NCBI RefSeq assembly: GCF_964194025.1
Contig: NC_134477.1
Span: 23,684,001 to 23,748,000, forward strand
DNA: 64,000 nt
Source: Convolutriloba macropyga
Taxonomy: Eukaryota
Reading direction: 5' to 3'
The position numbers and the translations under genes were made by a program. Shown here piece by piece: positions 13,396 through 24,661 of the stretch (its first letter is position 1; each line of letters starts with the position of its first letter). Under the pieces are notes generated by a model. That model searched no databases. It was given only the letters and a program-made list of their open reading frames with translations, and was not told where the DNA came from.

Positions 13396-15683
13396 TTGTG
13401 GGGTCCCGTTTTCGTCGTATGAGCTGAGTGCACTGACACTTCTACTCAGTCCCTGAGTAGTATAAAAAAATGACTAGAACCTCAACGGGGGGGGGGACAT
13501 TTTTGGAAGCCTGACTCAGGCTTTTTTGTCCCCCCACTAGGTTTTTGCGGCAAGATCATAGAAAAATTTGCCGACAGATCAAAAATTCAATATTATGGGA
13601 ACTTAATAAAGGGTTTGGGGGAACCAGGAAAGCTTGTTTTTTAAACATTTTTGGCTCGAAAACAGTGATTCTGTTAATAAAAACATTGTCGGAAACAGGA
13701 TACTTAGTATCTATACTCTCATTTTTCATCATTAATTTCTTCATACAGTTGGTAATCATTTAGTAGAATATTGAATTTTTGTCATCGTCTTGGGCTCCAG
13801 TAGCAATCAATTCTCGCGTGGATCGACACTTTTTAAAAATTGGCGAACTACTTTGAAATTTTTGGTCTCTTGTAAACAAGATTTTACATTTCTTTCTCAA
13901 TCATGTTTCAAGGGTCAATCTGTCGGAGCTATTATAAGATCACAGTGTGGAAGCAGAAGCGTTTTTTTTTGTTTGGGGCATGAAAAAACTAATCTGATCA
14001 TGTGTTTGATAATGTGCTTTTCCTCTACTAATCCTTATGAAAATTATTAGATTTTTAATCACAAAGTTCGCCAATTTTTTAAACATTGGAGTTCAAGTTT
14101 CGAGTAAAGAGGAACTTTACAACCAGTCATTGTATAACAGTTTATTTCCAATGGTTGAAGATCCGATTAGTTCAAGTAAGTTCCTTTTTAAAAATGAACT
14201 TTTTCTCCGTTACGCGCCTGGTTATTAATTAAAAAAGAAAAAAATCTTTGTCCTGGAACAGGGCTCAACCCTAGCTATATTATTTCGGATCTCTTTCTGT
14301 TTCCAGATTGGTGTATTTTACGTAACATACTTTGATGGGACCCCTATATTAGTTGAAACTTCTGTTATTAGGACCCAAGTGTTCGATGAAAGGTTTTTTA
14401 TGGAACAGAAATGGGATTGAGGGAGTTGGTCCAAAAAATGATTGACGAAAAGTCGAGTTATCAACATTCAAAACAACTACAAAAGCATAATTGACAATTT
14501 GGTCAAGTTGCAATCGTTTGTCTTATAGTTTACTTGATTTCTATGTTAGCTGATGTTTCATGAATTTTTAATCCAAGACAAGGCCTGTAAATATAAACGG
14601 ATAATTTGTCTTATGAAAACGATGTGAAATTTATTTTTTTTTGAAAAACGATCGAGAACGATCAAGAATCTGAACAAAATTGTCTTTTGCGTCAACCGAA
14701 ACAGTGTTCTTGATTTTGATATCTGCCATTGTGGAAAGTGCCCGCTCAGTGAAAAATTTCAAGTCGAGGGTCGAGTTGTTTGCGACCAAGGGAACGGAAA
14801 CCTGATCATCTACCTCCGCAACAATTGAGTAAGAAAAATCTTTTTTAGTAGACCGGATATATGGGTAGGAACTATTTTTCAAAAAATCCGGTTCTACTGA
14901 TTTTTATAGGGTGTAAAATGAATAAGAAAAACCCTGTATGTATGGCAGCGGAAAAGCTGACTTAATAGGTTCTCTGCGACACAAATTTTGTTGCAAAACG
15001 AACTTTTAAGCATTCTGATATGTGCAGGAAGAACTGTGTTCTGTCACATGCCGTGGCAGATCAACCCCTCCTGGTACTTCAGTGTCCCTCCCTATCACAT
15101 GACCTCACTCACTACACACAAGAAATTTCTAGCCCAAAAAGGGGGGATGGTACAAATTTAACTGTTTAAAAAAGTCAATTGGGCCATATAAGCCCGGCCT
15201 CAAGTGGTTTTTGGACAATATAGGTACAAATACAGGATGAGACAAGACTTTTTAGTTTTGTTTTGGTTCGTCAGTCCTCTTCGCTATTACTTTCTATGAT
15301 TCTTGCTCGTCTTCTCTTTTTGGTAGGTGGTTGATCTTGCAGATTTTGTTGATCAATTGTTACTGGGAGGTTGGCTGGCGGTTGTTCATCAATTGTGATT
15401 GGAGGTTCGGGGCTGCTATCTGAATCTTCTATCGCTTGACTTAGAATAAACCCATCGCAAGCTGCGTCCGTAGAAGAACCACTTTCCGAAAACTCTGACA
15501 AATTGTCAAAATCTAACAAATTTTGATTCAATTCGTCCTCGCTATAATTTCGCTGGTGAAAACCTGGGTCGGGAATTGAGTGGAAACTTGTGTTTAGAAT
15601 GCTATTAGTTTGTGGAACGTTTGCTGACTTGCGTTTGACGTTTGTTTTTTTGCTGGTTTTTGTTTTTTACCTGCTGCGAGCTG

Positions 15684-15900
15684 TCCTGCGCATGCTGCCC
15701 GCTTTCCTGCGCTCGCTGCCCGCTTTCCTGCGCATGCTGCCCGCTTTCCTGCGCCCGCTGCCCGCTTTCCTGCGCATGCTGCCCGTTTTCCTGCGCCCGC
15801 TGCCCGCTTTCCTGCGCATGCTTCCCGCTTTCCTGCGCCCGCTTCCCGCTTTCCTGCGCCCGCTGCCCGCTTTCCTGCGCCTGCTGCCCGCTTTCCTGCT
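15684..15900 (-). repeat. 21-bp coding minisatellite (~10 copies, QESGQ[R/H]A) in the pPolB C-terminal tail
   Basis: gctgcccgctttcctgcgc(at/cc) repeated in tandem. Confidence 0.95.
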
Positions 15901-16212
15901 CCCTTTCGCCCAAGTCATCGGCGCCCCAATCGGGTTCATTCATTATTGATTTGAAGAATATATCCTCTCTTATTGAACGATGACCATAGGGCAGCATGGA
16001 AACTTGGTCATTCATAATAAATCGTTTGTCATCGTAGCCTGACAAAGATTTCTTGTTGACAACAATTGTGTGCAGCCTGTGGTTGCTTGAAGCTATTCTC
16101 GTGTTGAGCAGACGCACCACCTCACCGCCCAAAAGAGTTTGCTTGTACAATTCATGCGTCATGCTGCGACGTGCATCTTTTGTGACCCCTTTTGCTGACT
16201 GTTTGGTGCAAC

Positions 16213-16358
16213 CTGAAAAAAACTTGGTTTATTTCAAATTCATTCCATTGTTTCCATACCCAAGCAAACTTTATTTGCTAGAATGTTTTGCATATGCCTG
16301 TCTGTTTTGATTATTTGTGTTTGTATGATGGGGGGTAGTGAAAAATATATATACTAGC
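16213..16358 (-). other. Putative 146-bp spliceosomal intron inside pPolB
   Basis: Minus strand gaag|GCTAGT...tttttttcAG|gt. Removing it restores SIKLAEG-CTKQSAKGV in frame with ORF 15605-16162. Confidence 0.7.
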
Positions 16359-19300
16359 CTTCAGCGAGCTTGATTGATTACAGCTTTGGCTTGAGTCCAC
16401 AAAACTCAGCAATTGGCCGGCTTCCCATCTCATCTTTGAATTTAAGGGCGACACGTGCATTGTCCCTGCTATACAAGGGGTGTTCTGGTGGAAAGTTTGA
16501 GAAATCGAACTGTTCAGCGACCGAATTTTTCCGTTGTATTTCTGCAAAGAAGTCTCTTGAACGCACTTCATATACGAAAGAGTCCGTGTCTGAATAAAGC
16601 AAATTGCAGTCAAAGTTTTTCTTCATGACTTTGTAGTGAAACTCGAACATGAACTTCTTTGCAAAATCCAATATAAGGCACCCACTACGGTTGGTTTGTC
16701 CCAAAGTATTTCTGATTGCTAAAGGCATAGGGTGACAAGATCTTCACTAATAATTTTTGATGATTGGTACTCGGGCTTGTCTGTCCACTTTAGCGTTTCC
16801 TCTTCCGTGCGGGTTATCCTGACTTTCATTCGGTTTCGCTTTCCCTCACAAGTTTTTCCAAACGATGAGTTAACCATCAATTTGAAAAAATCCTCAAATT
16901 TATTCGCTTGCTTTCGCTTTTCCGTGTTCAGTTGTACATACGGTGCCAGCCACTTTTGCTGTTTGAACGAAAGCACTCTATGAAACTTGGTCACTACCAA
17001 TCCTAGTTCAACATAGAGTTTCAGGGTTTGATAGTGCAGAGTGTAGTTCTGTTTATCGAACAACGTCTGAATGAGCTTTTTCACCTGCGGGGGTTTTTAA
17101 TTTGCATGTCGGCCAACAAGCTGCTTTGATACTCACTGAGCCAGCATTCATCAATCGCTTCTTTTGTGGGCGCCAAAGGAAAATCAGAGTGTAGATCGTG
17201 CAGGCTGTCGGGATAACTGAAATCGACTTCAACTATGTATCCAACCTCATCATCATCGGGCGTATTCAATATTCGACGCAAAATTTCCTGGGCTTCCTCA
17301 TCGGTCCATTCACTTTTGTCAAACATTTCGAAATCATGGAGGGGTAGGGGGAATTTTTCCATGATTCCTCCATACAGATTATTGGCATCGATCATTATTA
17401 TGAATGAGGAAATGTTCTTCGGTTGTAGTCCGAAAGAAACTTGTTACTTTGCGCGACAGAGCCGCTTGCTGTAAACCGAGCTCACGCCTCCTCTTATAAG
17501 ACTTTCTACCATGTCGAGGTGTTCCCTTTCTGTTAGAAGATGTAGTTGAGGGTTGCATTTTTTGAGCATTGCATCTCCTGACAAGTTGGAAGCCGTGTAA
17601 TACTGGCAGCAGTCGAGCCCATATGTATCATAGCACACTTTTCTAAAGCAGAGTACTACTGCAGCGAGGAGAAACACATCTGTTGTTAAATACAAGTTGT
17701 AGTAGTCACCAATGTTTTGGCACTTGAATAAATTGAACACTTCGAGGGCTCGCTTGTATTCATCTTCACTCACTGTTAGCTCGTACTGCTGCAAACTGTT
17801 TGTCCATTTCTCGAGAGGGGGAAGCTGGGCCTCTTGCAATTTTTCAAAGCTATCGACGAAGCAATAAGGGAACGAGCTTTTTTGTTTTAGCAAATTAACC
17901 GATGTGGGCCACGCTTGAAAATGTTGTTCCAATAAGGTGAACTGATCAGATGGCAGGTTCTGTACCAAATTGTCGAGCGATGCATTCATGAACTTAAATG
18001 AGTCCAATAGTCTGATATACTCATACTGGCTTGTCCAAACACCTTTCTTGTTTTGTGTTGTTTTCATATGCACTCCAATTTGCAATGAGATGAATTTCTC
18101 ACTCGTGCTTGGCACAACTGAAATTGTGATTTTGTCATTCAGACTTTGTAGTGCTAATACTACGTGATGAAGATCATAGTTTGCCAAGTTGTGCGCAAAT
18201 AGGGGGGTGAAGTTTAGAGTTTTGCGTTTCAAATTGCACTGCGCATGTGCCCATCCCAAAAATTTTCCTGTGAAATGGCAGTGGTCTAGAACAGTGGGAT
18301 CTTGTGAGGATGTATTCAATTCAGTTTCACAAATCCAACGCAAACTAGCTTGATCTTTAGTGATTGTTGGCTCGCCGGAAAAGTTTTTGTGTTGTTGTTT
18401 CACGTCGTATATATCCCTAGCAATTTGTTCCAGTGACTTAACAAATTCAACCATGACATTCGGACCACATTTGAGATCGAAGTAGAATGGCTTTGTTTCG
18501 TTTAAAGCAACGAAGAGCAAAGCGTAACTACATGGCTTGTGTTCCTCCAATGCTCTAGTAACTGAGTTTTGTTGTGTATTGATAGTGTTAGCAACTGGTT
18601 CAATTATTGACTCCAGATCAAAAAATCCAACTATTGGCGCAAACCATCGGGCTTGAACATTTTTGAATTCAAAGTTTTGCTGTTCGGCTTTCGGCATTTT
18701 AATTATTGCTTGCGTGTTTTGATGGCATATTTCTTCATGTCTCTCATATCGATCCAATGAGGTGCTGATGTGGAAACAGTTACGACACAAATGGTTGTCA
18801 ATGCGCTGGTGTTTTCCAAGATATTTATGAATAAGTGCCTTGATATTTGTGATCAGGACATAGTGATGCATTGATCCATCACTAAGCAAGAGCAGATCCA
18901 GATTGAAATTGTAGTTTTTATTATTTGATAGGCGGAAAGGAATCAGTTTCTTGTTCGAGTGTCGAAAAACATTAACGCGTACCAAGTTCAGCAGTTCAAA
19001 TTTTTCCATCTGGTGAAAAGCCATGGGCATCATTAATTCACCAGCCGCTTGTTCTGCTCCTGAACTATACTTTATTGGATTTGTTTTTTGTCTCCATGAA
19101 GCATTGGCGGGTATCAACCGGGGTCCGAATGTGTTATGGTACTGAGCTGTATAGCACTAGAGAAAACATTTCTCGTCTTGTCGGTTTCGAATGTTCAACA
19201 GGTACTGACATTTTGCTAGCTCAGTAGGCAGAGCTAAATATGAAGAAGCAGCAATTGGTTTTGACCTGGCGAGCCTCAATTCAATGTTTTTAATGCTATC

Positions 19301-19795
19301 TACTGTCCAGCCGCTAGCATGAGATGCAAAGTTGTTCAAGGCAAGCAGCATTTGTTCAACCATTCCAGCGAAACAAGATTTACTCAAACCTGTGAAGTCG
19401 ACCCGCTGCATTTTTGAGTTGATGTATATTTTAATGCGATCTGGCTGGCTGCTAACATTTTTATCGCTCGATGGTTTTGTGAGCTGTACCAATGCGCTAA
19501 ACTGAAGTTTTTGTGCATGGTTTTGGGTGTTGAGTTGAACAATGTTTTCAATCTCATCACGTTTGCTACGCATGAAACTTAGCAAGTCTATTTCATGTTC
19601 TCCCACTGGTATGTCATATGTTTTCAAAACACCGCCGAAAGCTTGCTCGGACGGAAGAATTCCAGAACTTGGATTGTTTTCGAGATCAGCGTTCCAAACC
19701 GGCAGTCCATGATTTTTATTCATGTGCTCCATGTACTTGAGGTTGTCTACGAAGAACTTGTTGCAGTACAGACAGTAGCGGGGATGTTTTGAGTT

Positions 19796-20509
19796 GTGTT
19801 GTCAATGAGAAGATCTCAAGATGACTTTGCCGTCATCAGCGAAGACGCAGCAAAACACTACAAGGTTAAAATAGATGAGGCTAATTTATTTATCAGGAAG
19901 ATGACGGTGTCAGATAATGTTGTAGGTGCAATTGAGAAGACATTATTGAAAACTCCGGCAATTTACCGATACAATGAAGTAATTACCAAAACATTCTTGG
20001 CTACAACAGGCCAACACAGCTGGAAACATGAGGATATTTTCACTAAAGAGCCAATCAGAAGAGTCATTGTTGCATTATGCGTTGGTACAGCATTCATCGG
20101 TACCAACACCGCTAATCCATTCCATTATCAAAAATTTGGTTTAAGAGAGATAACCATTTATCGAAATGGTTTTGCAACGGCTGGAACTCCAATGTCAACA
20201 ACTGACAACAAAAGGTTGTACTACAATTCAATGAGTGCATTAGCTTATGTAGAAAATGGCCATGGAATACCTCTGAGTGAGTTCGCAAACCATTATATAA
20301 TGGTATTTGATCTGACTAGCACTCAAGAGGCAACCCATGACTTTATTCATCCAGAGCTCACAAATTCATCATTGTCTGTCGAACTCAAGTTCGATGCAGC
20401 GTTAGCTCATAACGTTGAAATATTTTTTATTAGGGAAAAAGCATCTACGATCTACATTGACTCTGCAAGAAACGCATGTAAAAACGCTCTTCCCATGATC
20501 ACATACTAA
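19796..20509 (+). CDS. Polinton major capsid protein (double jelly-roll), C-terminal half, 5'-truncated
   Basis: YKVKIDEANLFIRK, NPFHYQKFGL, IMVFDLTS, LSVELKF are typical of Polinton MCP. Begins abruptly at the junction with pPolB. Confidence 0.85.
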   Translation: MLSMRRSQDDFAVISEDAAKHYKVKIDEANLFIRKMTVSDNVVGAIEKTLLKTPAIYRYNEVITKTFLATTGQHSWKHEDIFTKEPIRRVIVALCVGTAFIGTNTANPFHYQKFGLREITIYRNGFATAGTPMSTTDNKRLYYNSMSALAYVENGHGIPLSEFANHYIMVFDLTSTQEATHDFIHPELTNSSLSVELKFDAALAHNVEIFFIREKASTIYIDSARNACKNALPMITY

Positions 20510-20955
20510 TGGACGAAGATCAAATTCATCTTCAAGTGAAAAAGTGTAAGCACCTCAAATTCAGAGGGGTTTATGCCGCTGATAATTATCCTCTGAACTT
20601 GCAAACCAACACATTTATTATTGTTAATGCATCACGATCCAACTCTATTGGAACCCACTGGGTAGTGCTAGCTAAACGATATGCATACCCAATATATTTT
20701 GCGGATCCATTGGCTCTACCCTTGACTACCTAGAAGGATATTTTCAACCGTTTACAACAGTGCAAAGACTTGGAGATAATGATGGATATCATGGAACATA
20801 GAAGAGACATTCAGTCTCCATTGCAATCCTCAGACTCCCAGCTTTGTGGTTTATTTTGCATATATATTGTTCATTATTTTTATAGTGAGAAATTTCCATT
20901 TATACCTGATGTAAATGAATTAGAGTTGCTAGCTTTTGTAAAACATATGAAGTAA
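20509..20955 (+). pseudogene. Polinton adenain-like cysteine (maturation) protease with one internal stop
   Basis: FRGVYAAD, IVN, GTHWV (His), FADP (Asp), LQ...LCGLFC (Gln, Cys). In-frame TAG at 20731-20733. The start overlaps the MCP stop (TAATG). Confidence 0.9.
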
Positions 20956-21058
20956 AAGTTAATTTAATTTTGAAACAACATTTTTTGAATATCAATTTTT
21001 ACAAAACTGAAAAGTTATGAAAGAGTTTGAGGTTTCTCGCACAAAACTCCCGTGGCCA

Positions 21059-21667
21059 CTAAGAAGAATATCCATTATCTGATAAAGAGTGTTCACCTAG
21101 CATAAGCTGACAGAATCGTTTCATAGTTACATCAGGGACTGTAGAAGAACGTTTGTTGACCGTCAAAGTACTAATAGATTTTGCTGTTGTCTGACTCAAG
21201 GGTGCTGGAAGTTGTTTCTGGTTCTTGGTATTTGAAGAAGTTGATTTTGAAAGGTACTCAACAGCAACATGTAGTCGTGAAATTATTGCACCACGTTTAA
21301 CAAAGTCTTTTTGCGTAGGCTGAATAAGTAATTTGAAACAGTTAACGAGACACGGTATCACCGCAGGTACATAAAGAGAATCGAATATAATATCAGCCTG
21401 CGAACCAAATTCATACATAACATGATAATGATTGGAGCCAAATGTACAACCTTCGATAACGGTTGCAGATGAATGATAACCATATGCAAAATTTTCTATT
21501 GTTGTGTTTTCAAGTTTTGGTTCCGTCTCACAAATATTGTACTTGAAACGTTTTTGAAATTTCTTGAAATATTCAGGACTGTTCTCATACATTGCCTCAA
21601 CCATAACGAACAAAAAAGAAAAAGCTAATGAACTAACTATGAAAGCATAAACAATGACAGGAAGCAA
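21059..21667 (-). CDS. Polinton-associated hypothetical ORF
   Basis: 202-aa ORF convergent on the protease gene; no recognisable family. Confidence 0.4.
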   Translation of the reverse strand: MLPVIVYAFIVSSLAFSFLFVMVEAMYENSPEYFKKFQKRFKYNICETEPKLENTTIENFAYGYHSSATVIEGCTFGSNHYHVMYEFGSQADIIFDSLYVPAVIPCLVNCFKLLIQPTQKDFVKRGAIISRLHVAVEYLSKSTSSNTKNQKQLPAPLSQTTAKSISTLTVNKRSSTVPDVTMKRFCQLMLGEHSLSDNGYSS

Positions 21668-21919
21668 AAGGTATAATAGAAATTATTCCGAATCCTCATC
21701 GACTTTTACAGACGTTTTTGGTATTTTCTTTTGGCGCTGAGTCGGTGTTTTGCCGGCCGGTTTTGCTGGACGCTTTGATTCATCAGTTGAATCCGGGTTT
21801 AGAAGTGAGTCGATCAATCCAACTGGTTGATCAAGCATTTGTTCTAGTTTTTCTATGTTCTGACATATCAACCGAAACTCTGGCGTAACCTTCAACACTA
21901 TGTATTTCATCAAAATCAT

Positions 21920-24661
21920 ACCAGCACTTATCCAAAATATTTCAACAATACTAAAATAGAAGAATTAAATAACTTTAAAAACAATTCAGACTACGAAGCA
22001 ATGTGGGAAATAGCCATCGACAAATGGACACGAAATTGGAACTTCTATAGAGAACGATTAACAGATAGTATATTAAACAAATTTGACTTGAACAATAAAA
22101 GACAAAAAAGACAAACACAAATAGACTTTGTAGAATTAACCGGACAAAATATTAACGGCTCCGCAACAGTACCACAAGATATATTCATAGAACACTATGA
22201 TTGCGATGCAGAAGAAATCACAAATGTTAAATACTACGAACTAAACAAAATTAGTACATGTACATTCAAACCATTAGATCTTGATTTGACAAAAACAGGA
22301 GTACAATTATTATCAAAAGCACAAGCAGTAGAAATAAAAGCATACGCAGTTGCAGGAACAATTAAAGAACGCGTAGAATGGTGTTCACAACACACCGACT
22401 ACATTAGAGCAAATAGACCAAGTTATTACGTTTCAGACGCACAAAGAACAAAAATATTAGACGCGGATGAAGTTCGAAACGAACTCGCTAGAATAAACCT
22501 TCTCAAGAACACAAGATATAAACCAACAAGATATAATATCTCATTTAATTATAACGCTAATCCACCACTTCAGAAAAAGATTGAAGAAATGCAACGTCGA
22601 ATACAATTCCATATGAATACCCCCTTGGTACCGCCATACGGACGGATAGTTTATGATTACACAAATCCATTGTGGATACTAAGCGCAATTAAAAATGCAC
22701 AATCCAATTGCATGAAAGGACCACGAAAACAGAACAGAATAGATATACTAGACTGGACACTAGAAATACGTGAGTATATCCATTAGTCGAACGCGAATGC
22801 GGTTCGCTTCAACCAATACACAAAACCGAATACGACGACATTTACATAATATACGAATACGGATTCGATATGCATACAGGACAAAAAGTAACAAGGAAAA
22901 AAGAAAAATTTGAAGAAGAAAAATTCATACGAATAAAACCAAATAACATCACAAAGAACACGATATGAAGACGAAGAAAACAAACACTACTACTATGGTT
23001 TTGTAAACCACAACACACACATGAACATGAAAATGGACCTTTACATGAGTAATATATACTCAAGAATAAGTCTACAAGCAATAGAATTTTACTCGAAAAT
23101 TTGTGAACAAACTAGAAACCTTCGACAATTAACACTAACACAAGTACAAAAGAACACTCCGCTATTAGGATATATCCTCACTGGAGACAGATCAATATTT
23201 GTCAAACAAGAAGGAGTAAATGTAATGAAAATGTACAAATGCGCGAAAAAATCATCACTCCTATATGTACCACAAACACGCGAATGTTATGATCAAATCC
23301 CATTTCTATACAAAAACAGAGTACAATACGTACACCAACTAACCCGACAAACATAATTATGGGCGAAGAAAGTCCCATGTTCACACAGTAACTTTGACCA
23401 ACTAATATCAATAGACACTGGAGGAACAGCGAGATACAGAGTCACACCATGCCCTGTAAAAGTCGAATTGGTATTGAATACTATTTCACCTGAAGAAATC
23501 GTACTAGACAACATGTTTAGTAAAGCAAGTTTGATAGAAAGCGGTATATACAGTAGAGAACAATTAATTCAAGAACGAAAACGAGATCTACTACACGAAT
23601 ACATGCGAGACCGCGAAAAACCATTACATGAAGCTACATCAGCAAATGCGCAAAAATTGTTAGAGCTTGAACAACTAGGACTACTACAGACATACAAAAA
23701 TTACGAACAATCACTAAAATGGTTAAAAGATCTAAATGTTAATGGATATAACTTCCAAATCGACCAACCCAGTGTCAACTGGAAAGAAATTTTTGACGGC
23801 GCATGGCTAAAAGAACAAATATTATCAATTTTTGGTTGGCTATGGTACATCTTAGAAAAAATTGCAATCATATACGCCATGAGTAGTATGATACTATTTT
23901 TAACAAATCTTATAATAAAATTTTATAATGCTTTTGCAATTCATAAAGCAATTGGCAAACAAGCTAGTATTACAAAAATACTTTTAACAGGAATATTTGG
24001 TATCTTCTCACAGACATTAACACAACTAGTAGCAAAAATTCAAGAAGAAGAAACTAGTCACGATAGTGATGAAAATTATTCACACTATACCAGACATAAT
24101 AAACATAGGAAGAACATTTTTCGCCGACACTCTTCAGATATAACAAATATAACAGATCACAACGATAACGACACACCATCACAAGTCTATATTGATACTA
24201 ATTACAAACACTATAATACAACTATTCGCAGAACAGATAAGGGAATACAATTACGAACAATAGATTCACCACCGAAGAAACAAAAACCACCATTGCCAGA
24301 ACGAAAGTACAAACAAGAACCATTAAAAATTGAACCATTAGAAACAATAACTGAAAACAAACTACCCATACTACCACCACAACTCGTCACCCCACCACCT
24401 GCATATCAATGTTTAGGGAATAACTTATCTTTCAATACACCCCAAACAACATCACTTACTACACCACCTATCGCACCCATCCCTAGTGCGCCTAACATCC
24501 AACAACAATCATCAACATTTCAGGGAAGTTCATATGAACCTCCTTTGGGTATTAGTAAAACAACACCATACGAAATCCCACAACCATCACCAACATCGAC
24601 AAACCAACAAAACCTCATACCATCAGTAAAACTAATGGAAATACAAAACCCCAACCAATAG
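21920..24661 (+). pseudogene. Envelope-like glycoprotein of an LTR retroelement (chuvirus G / class III-like), disrupted and 5'-truncated
   Basis: ORF pieces 22001-22786, 23021-23356 and 23468-24661. Features: RQKR basic site; YDC..YELNKISTC; MYKC...ECYDQIP...LTRQT...VPC cysteine pattern; N-glycosylation sequons; hydrophobic TM segment (IFGWLWYILEKIAIIYAMSSMILFL); long Pro-rich tail. Confidence 0.7.

Larger units (their letters stand above)
15271..19793 (-). pseudogene. Polinton protein-primed DNA polymerase B (pPolB) with N-terminal C2H2 finger and embedded HNH/EndoVII domain; disrupted
   Basis: Motifs in order: CLYC..H..H, SGW, FFDLES, DHCHFTGKFLGWAHAQCN, AHNLANYD, LDSFKFM, IDANNLYG, KLMVNSSFGK, YSDTDS, KFKDE, GLKPKL, SAKGV, YDDKR. 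Stops at 19157, 17444 and 16378; frameshifts near 17083, 16722 and 15620-15680. 5'-truncated at about 19793. Confidence 0.95.
13456..21919. mobile_element. Decayed, internally deleted Polinton/Maverick element
   Basis: pPolB, major capsid protein and adenain-like protease are clustered. The left boundary is tentative (AGTAGT at 13456). No right TIR, integrase or ATPase was seen. Confidence 0.85.

Noticed and set aside
15684-15900. CRISPR-like array
   Set aside because: Contiguous repeats with no unique spacers, in a eukaryotic context.
15590-15983. Plus-strand and alternate-frame repetitive ORFs (LPAFLR, CARCPLS, RRKAGS)
   Set aside because: Shadows of the 21-bp repeat in the pPolB tail.
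12170-24661. Gypsy pol relic and env as one element split by the Polinton
   Set aside because: They are on opposite strands, so a simple insertion cannot explain the arrangement.
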